36,954 nt of DNA from Gammaproteobacteria bacterium. Its GTDB lineage: Bacteria > Pseudomonadota > Gammaproteobacteria > Steroidobacterales > Rariloculaceae. The position numbers were made by a program, and so were the translations under genes. The stretch is taken from positions 1-36,954 of the forward strand of contig JAOTTJ010000003.1 of assembly GCA_029864465.1 (NCBI GenBank). The letters are read 5' to 3'. Position 1 is the first letter of the stretch. Every line of letters starts with the position of its first letter. Positions 33,526 through 36,954 of this stretch are shown in pieces. The notes below the pieces were generated by a model. It was not told the DNA's origin. It did no database searches and worked only from the letters and a program-made list of their open reading frames with translations.

Positions 33526-35775
33526 CTATTGCTTAGCGGCGGTCTGCGTCTGATAAGCGGCAGGCGCTTCGGTCGAGACGAAATCGTACTTCTTCTTCCA
33601 CTTGGCGACGGATTCGGTCAGCTCGGCGATCTTTGCCTGTAGCTCCATCTCGCGCTCGTTTGTCATCTCTCCACCGCCGGAGCCAGACTGCTCGGCGCTT
33701 TCGATCATCGCACGTAGCTCGGCATTCTCACGTTCGAGGATGTCAATCTTGGACTTGTCCTTTTCCGTCATTGCCTTCAGGCGCATCGTCTCGCCATCGC
33801 TGCCACGCAGTTTCGCGAGCTTGCGCTGTTGCTCGTCGAGATCGGACTGAAGCCTCGCGACGATCGCGTTCTTCGTCTCGAGCTCCTCTTGCAGCTGCGA
33901 GACCTCGCCGCCTTTCTCATCGGCGTCGCGCTTGAATGTCTTGGCAGTCTTGAGCTCGTCCTCGAGCGACTGGATGAGCTCCGCTTGTGTTGCGAGGCGC
34001 TCCTGCAGAGCATCCAATTCACCCTGGTTATCGCTGAGCTCTTTCTGCGAGACGGTCGGGGCATCAGCCTCGAAGCCCTTGATTTTCTCTTTGGCCGCCG
34101 AGAGCTCGCTCTTGAGCGTTTCCATTCGCGTTACGAGCTTCTGTTGCGTCTCCTCGACGAGCGCCTTGTGCGTACGCAGGCTGTCGAGCCCGGCTTTGAG
34201 CGCGACCATGGCCTTGTTCTTCGTTCTGAGACCATCGATCAGTGATGAGATCAGGCTCTTGCGGCGGTTCACGAGCCGCTCGAAGTGAGTGGCTTTCTCG
34301 AGTCGCCAGAGGGCATCGTTGAGGCGCTCCTCGGCTTCCTCGACGCTATCCTGGAGTTTGTTGACCTGATCGAGCCGGCTGTTGGCCTGCTCACTGAGAT
34401 TCTCGGAATACTCTTTCTCTTCCTTCAGCTCCGCTTGCAGCTCGGCAACCTGGTTGAGCGCTTCCTCGGCTCTGAGCTCGGCTTTCGTGACCGCGTTGTT
34501 GAGCGCCTCGGTGGTTTCCTGCTGCCCAGCGATTGCGCGTGTTCTTTCATTGAGCTCGGCACGCAGCTCGGCTTCGCGGGCGCGCACCTCTTCGAGCTCG
34601 GCTGCTATGGCCTCATGCTGGTTCGTGCGCTCTTGAACTTCAGTCTTTTCGGTTTCGATCCGGCGCTCGAGCTCTGCGAGTTCCGCAGCAAGTCCCTCGC
34701 GTGCGTCACGAAGCTCGGAAAGCTCCGTTTGAGCCTCTTGGAGCGACCTACGCAGTTCGGCGGCTTCCTGTTTTGTGCGGCCTAGTTCGGTTTTTAGCTC
34801 TGCGGCGAGGTTGCTAGAAGCTTCGCCATCGGCAAGCTGTCGCTCACGTTCGGCGAGCGATTCGCGCGTCGTCGCAAGCTCCGACTGCAACGCGGATTCA
34901 CGCGTGCGCGCTGCCTCGAGCTGCGCGGACACGAGCTGTTGCTGTCGCTCGAACTCTTTAGTTCTTTCGTCGTCACTGTCGAGTTGGCGTTGCAGTGCGG
35001 CGACTTCGGCCGAGAGATCCTCTCTGGCTCGGCGCAGATCGTGCAGCTCAGCCTCGGATAACTGTATCGATGCTCGAAGATCGGCACTGTCCTGTTTCGC
35101 CCGCGATAACTCTTCGGCGAGCGCTGTGTCCGGTTGCGCCGGAGTCTCCGTCTGTTGTTCCGCCGCTGCGAGCCGGGCGCGCATGTCGGCGACGTCTGAC
35201 TCTAACTCTTGTCTTCGAGCGTGGGCATCCGCGAGAACGGCGTTGAGGCCTGCGATTTGCTGCCTCAGATCCTTGATTTCCGCATCGGCGCTCGCCGTGG
35301 CTTCGGCATCCGAATTGCCCGTTGTGCTCGTCGATTCTGCTTGCGGCCGGCCACCCGCGAGCTGTTCGTCTTTCTCGCGCAGCTCACGCTTAAGCGTACC
35401 AATGCGAGATTTATAGGCGGCGATCTGCTCCTCGACTTTCTCGGCATTCGCACGCCAATAATTGATCTCTTTTTTAGTCAGTTTGTCCGGCCCCGACTCG
35501 GCAATCTCGAGCTTCTTCTTCAACGACTCGAGTTTCACGCGCTCGTTGGCGAGCACTTCCTCGAGTTGCTCGGCCTCGCGCTGCCAACGCTCAGATTCCT
35601 CTTCGACGCTGGCGAGACGATGGCTCAGGACCTCGACTTTGTTGGCGAGCTTGTCTTTGCTAACCGGTTTACGGGCCAGTTCTTCGGAGAGCTCATCAGC
35701 GCGGGCCTCAGAGTTCGCGAGCGCGTTCTGCAGCATGCTGAAGGCTTTTTGGGCTAATTCGCGCGGGTCTGCCAT
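33526..35775 (-). CDS. Hypothetical 749-aa soluble coiled-coil protein with an internal duplication
   Basis: Long open frame, E/L/A/K/R/Q-rich heptads, short P/G/S/T linkers; no signal peptide, TM segment or Walker motif visible. Confidence 0.85.
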   Translation of the reverse strand: MADPRELAQKAFSMLQNALANSEARADELSEELARKPVSKDKLANKVEVLSHRLASVEEESERWQREAEQLEEVLANERVKLESLKKKLEIAESGPDKLTKKEINYWRANAEKVEEQIAAYKSRIGTLKRELREKDEQLAGGRPQAESTSTTGNSDAEATASADAEIKDLRQQIAGLNAVLADAHARRQELESDVADMRARLAAAEQQTETPAQPDTALAEELSRAKQDSADLRASIQLSEAELHDLRRAREDLSAEVAALQRQLDSDDERTKEFERQQQLVSAQLEAARTRESALQSELATTRESLAERERQLADGEASSNLAAELKTELGRTKQEAAELRRSLQEAQTELSELRDAREGLAAELAELERRIETEKTEVQERTNQHEAIAAELEEVRAREAELRAELNERTRAIAGQQETTEALNNAVTKAELRAEEALNQVAELQAELKEEKEYSENLSEQANSRLDQVNKLQDSVEEAEERLNDALWRLEKATHFERLVNRRKSLISSLIDGLRTKNKAMVALKAGLDSLRTHKALVEETQQKLVTRMETLKSELSAAKEKIKGFEADAPTVSQKELSDNQGELDALQERLATQAELIQSLEDELKTAKTFKRDADEKGGEVSQLQEELETKNAIVARLQSDLDEQQRKLAKLRGSDGETMRLKAMTEKDKSKIDILERENAELRAMIESAEQSGSGGGEMTNEREMELQAKIAELTESVAKWKKKYDFVSTEAPAAYQTQTAAKQ

Positions 35776-35930
35776 GGCAAATAACAGTCTTCTAGATCCC
35801 TGAAAACACGATGGATGCTAGCTAGTTTTTCGTTGGCCGACGCGGTACTCAGTCACGTTTTGACATAAACGACATGGCATACTTATCGAGTCGTGCGGGG
35901 GGGGCAATACGGGTGTCAGAAAGCAGGAGT

Positions 35931-36954
35931 ATGGCCGAGGTCCTACGCGGCGGCAACGCGCAGGCGGCAGCGCGGCTCGCAAGGCGTCTCATCAAACCAT
36001 TTAACAATAATCTCGTGCCGCGTCCTTGGGGCGGCACGCGCATGTTCGAGTACAAGGGCGCGCCGGCAGAGCACGCTGCCGCGCCTCCGGGAGAAGCGTT
36101 CGAGCTTGCCGCTTTCGATACGGACGAGGAGGCCGAGAAGTACCCGAGCGTGATCGGCTTCGAGGACGGCTCGACGCTCGAGCTGCCAGACCTGCTCGCG
36201 GCTAACGCCGACGCCATCCTCGGTCCGAAGTTCGTCGATCGCTACGGCGCCTGCGTGCCGCTGCTGCCGAAGACGCTCGACGTCAAGGAGCTGCTATCGG
36301 TTCAGGGGCACCCACCGGGCAACACGGAGGTCTACGTCATCATCGACGCTGATCCAGGCGCGACGATCCGGCTGGGATTCAGCGCTGACATCGAGCCGAC
36401 AAGTTTCCGCGAAGCGCTGCTCGCAGGACGGCGGCGCCAGGCAGAGTTGGCCGAATTGCTGCGCGGCGGCGCGGGCCTCGATGAGTTGCAAGGAGTACTG
36501 GCACCCTGGCTCGGGCGGCGTGGCGCGCCCGCGAACGATCTCCTGCCGGGGCTAGAGCCATTTCTCGAGGCAGATGACGACTGGCCGGCGGCCCAAGCCT
36601 TGCTCGAGGATCTCAAGATGGTCTACTGGCGTGTGCTTGATTCGCTGAATACTATCCCCGTGAGTCCAGGCCAGGTTATCTACAACGCTACGCCGGCGCG
36701 CTTACTCGCCCGGTCCGGCGCCGAGCAGTCGGCCGAGGTCCATGCGCTTGGAAACCCGGAAGGCAAGGAAATTCTCGCGCTCGAAGTGCGCCGTCCAGGT
36801 CCGACGTTCAGAGCTTGGGACAACGTGAGGTTTCCGGTTCGTGATATCGACATCGATTCGGCCCTGAGCGCGCTCAATCTTTCTGCAACGATTGCCGAGG
36901 ATTTCATTGTTGCGCCGGAGCTCATCCCGGGTCGAGCCGGCGTGTTCTGCTCCG
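35931..36954 (+). CDS. Type I phosphomannose-isomerase-like cupin protein, truncated by the window edge
   Basis: Not in the ORF track. AGGAG RBS and ATG at 35931; the frame stays open to the end. PRPWGG, PLLPKTLD, LSVQGHP, TEVYVI.DADPGATIRLGF, V.PGQ, VHALG, ALEV...TFRAWD motifs. Confidence 0.8.
   Translation, partial: MAEVLRGGNAQAAARLARRLIKPFNNNLVPRPWGGTRMFEYKGAPAEHAAAPPGEAFELAAFDTDEEAEKYPSVIGFEDGSTLELPDLLAANADAILGPKFVDRYGACVPLLPKTLDVKELLSVQGHPPGNTEVYVIIDADPGATIRLGFSADIEPTSFREALLAGRRRQAELAELLRGGAGLDELQGVLAPWLGRRGAPANDLLPGLEPFLEADDDWPAAQALLEDLKMVYWRVLDSLNTIPVSPGQVIYNATPARLLARSGAEQSAEVHALGNPEGKEILALEVRRPGPTFRAWDNVRFPVRDIDIDSALSALNLSATIAEDFIVAPELIPGRAGVFCS

Noticed and set aside
33526-35775. 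SMC/SbcC/RecN or defence-system ATPase call for the coiled-coil protein
   Set aside because: No Walker A/B or signature motif, no hinge or zinc hook, and no partner nuclease next to it.

Overview
GC-rich chromosomal segment from a Gammaproteobacterium (taxonomy inferred from gene order and protein style), consisting mostly of housekeeping genes. Left part: the conserved cluster TPR lipoprotein-lolB-tRNA-Gln(TTG)-prs-rplY-pth-ychF on the minus strand (ychF is cut by the window edge), divergent from mscS-prfA-prmC-moeB, followed by mscL and mtgA. Compared with the familiar Pseudomonas layout, ispE, hemA and murI are missing, and mscS occupies the hemA position. Middle part: a cystine-type DAACS symporter plus a cation:proton antiporter, a DUF1499 gene, and an ArsR/methyltransferase (SahR-type) regulator-metF-metH operon with a visible palindromic operator over its promoter. 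Right part: gatCAB-hslO divergent from one long mreBCD-mrdA-rodA-mltB-rlpA-dacA-ybeD-lipB operon, then a convergent 749-aa coiled-coil protein with an internal 108-aa-period duplication, and a divergent, edge-truncated type I phosphomannose-isomerase-like gene that is absent from the ORF track. No CRISPR array, IS, prophage or rRNA was seen. Best leads: the coiled-coil protein beside the elongasome operon; a cluster of XerD-arm-like (dif half-site) motifs; an antiporter whose first TM helix has no canonical start codon and is in frame with the upstream gene's stop; mechanosensitive channels bracketing the prfA-prmC operon; and the clean loss of ispE. All calls come from motif recognition by eye; no database searches were run.
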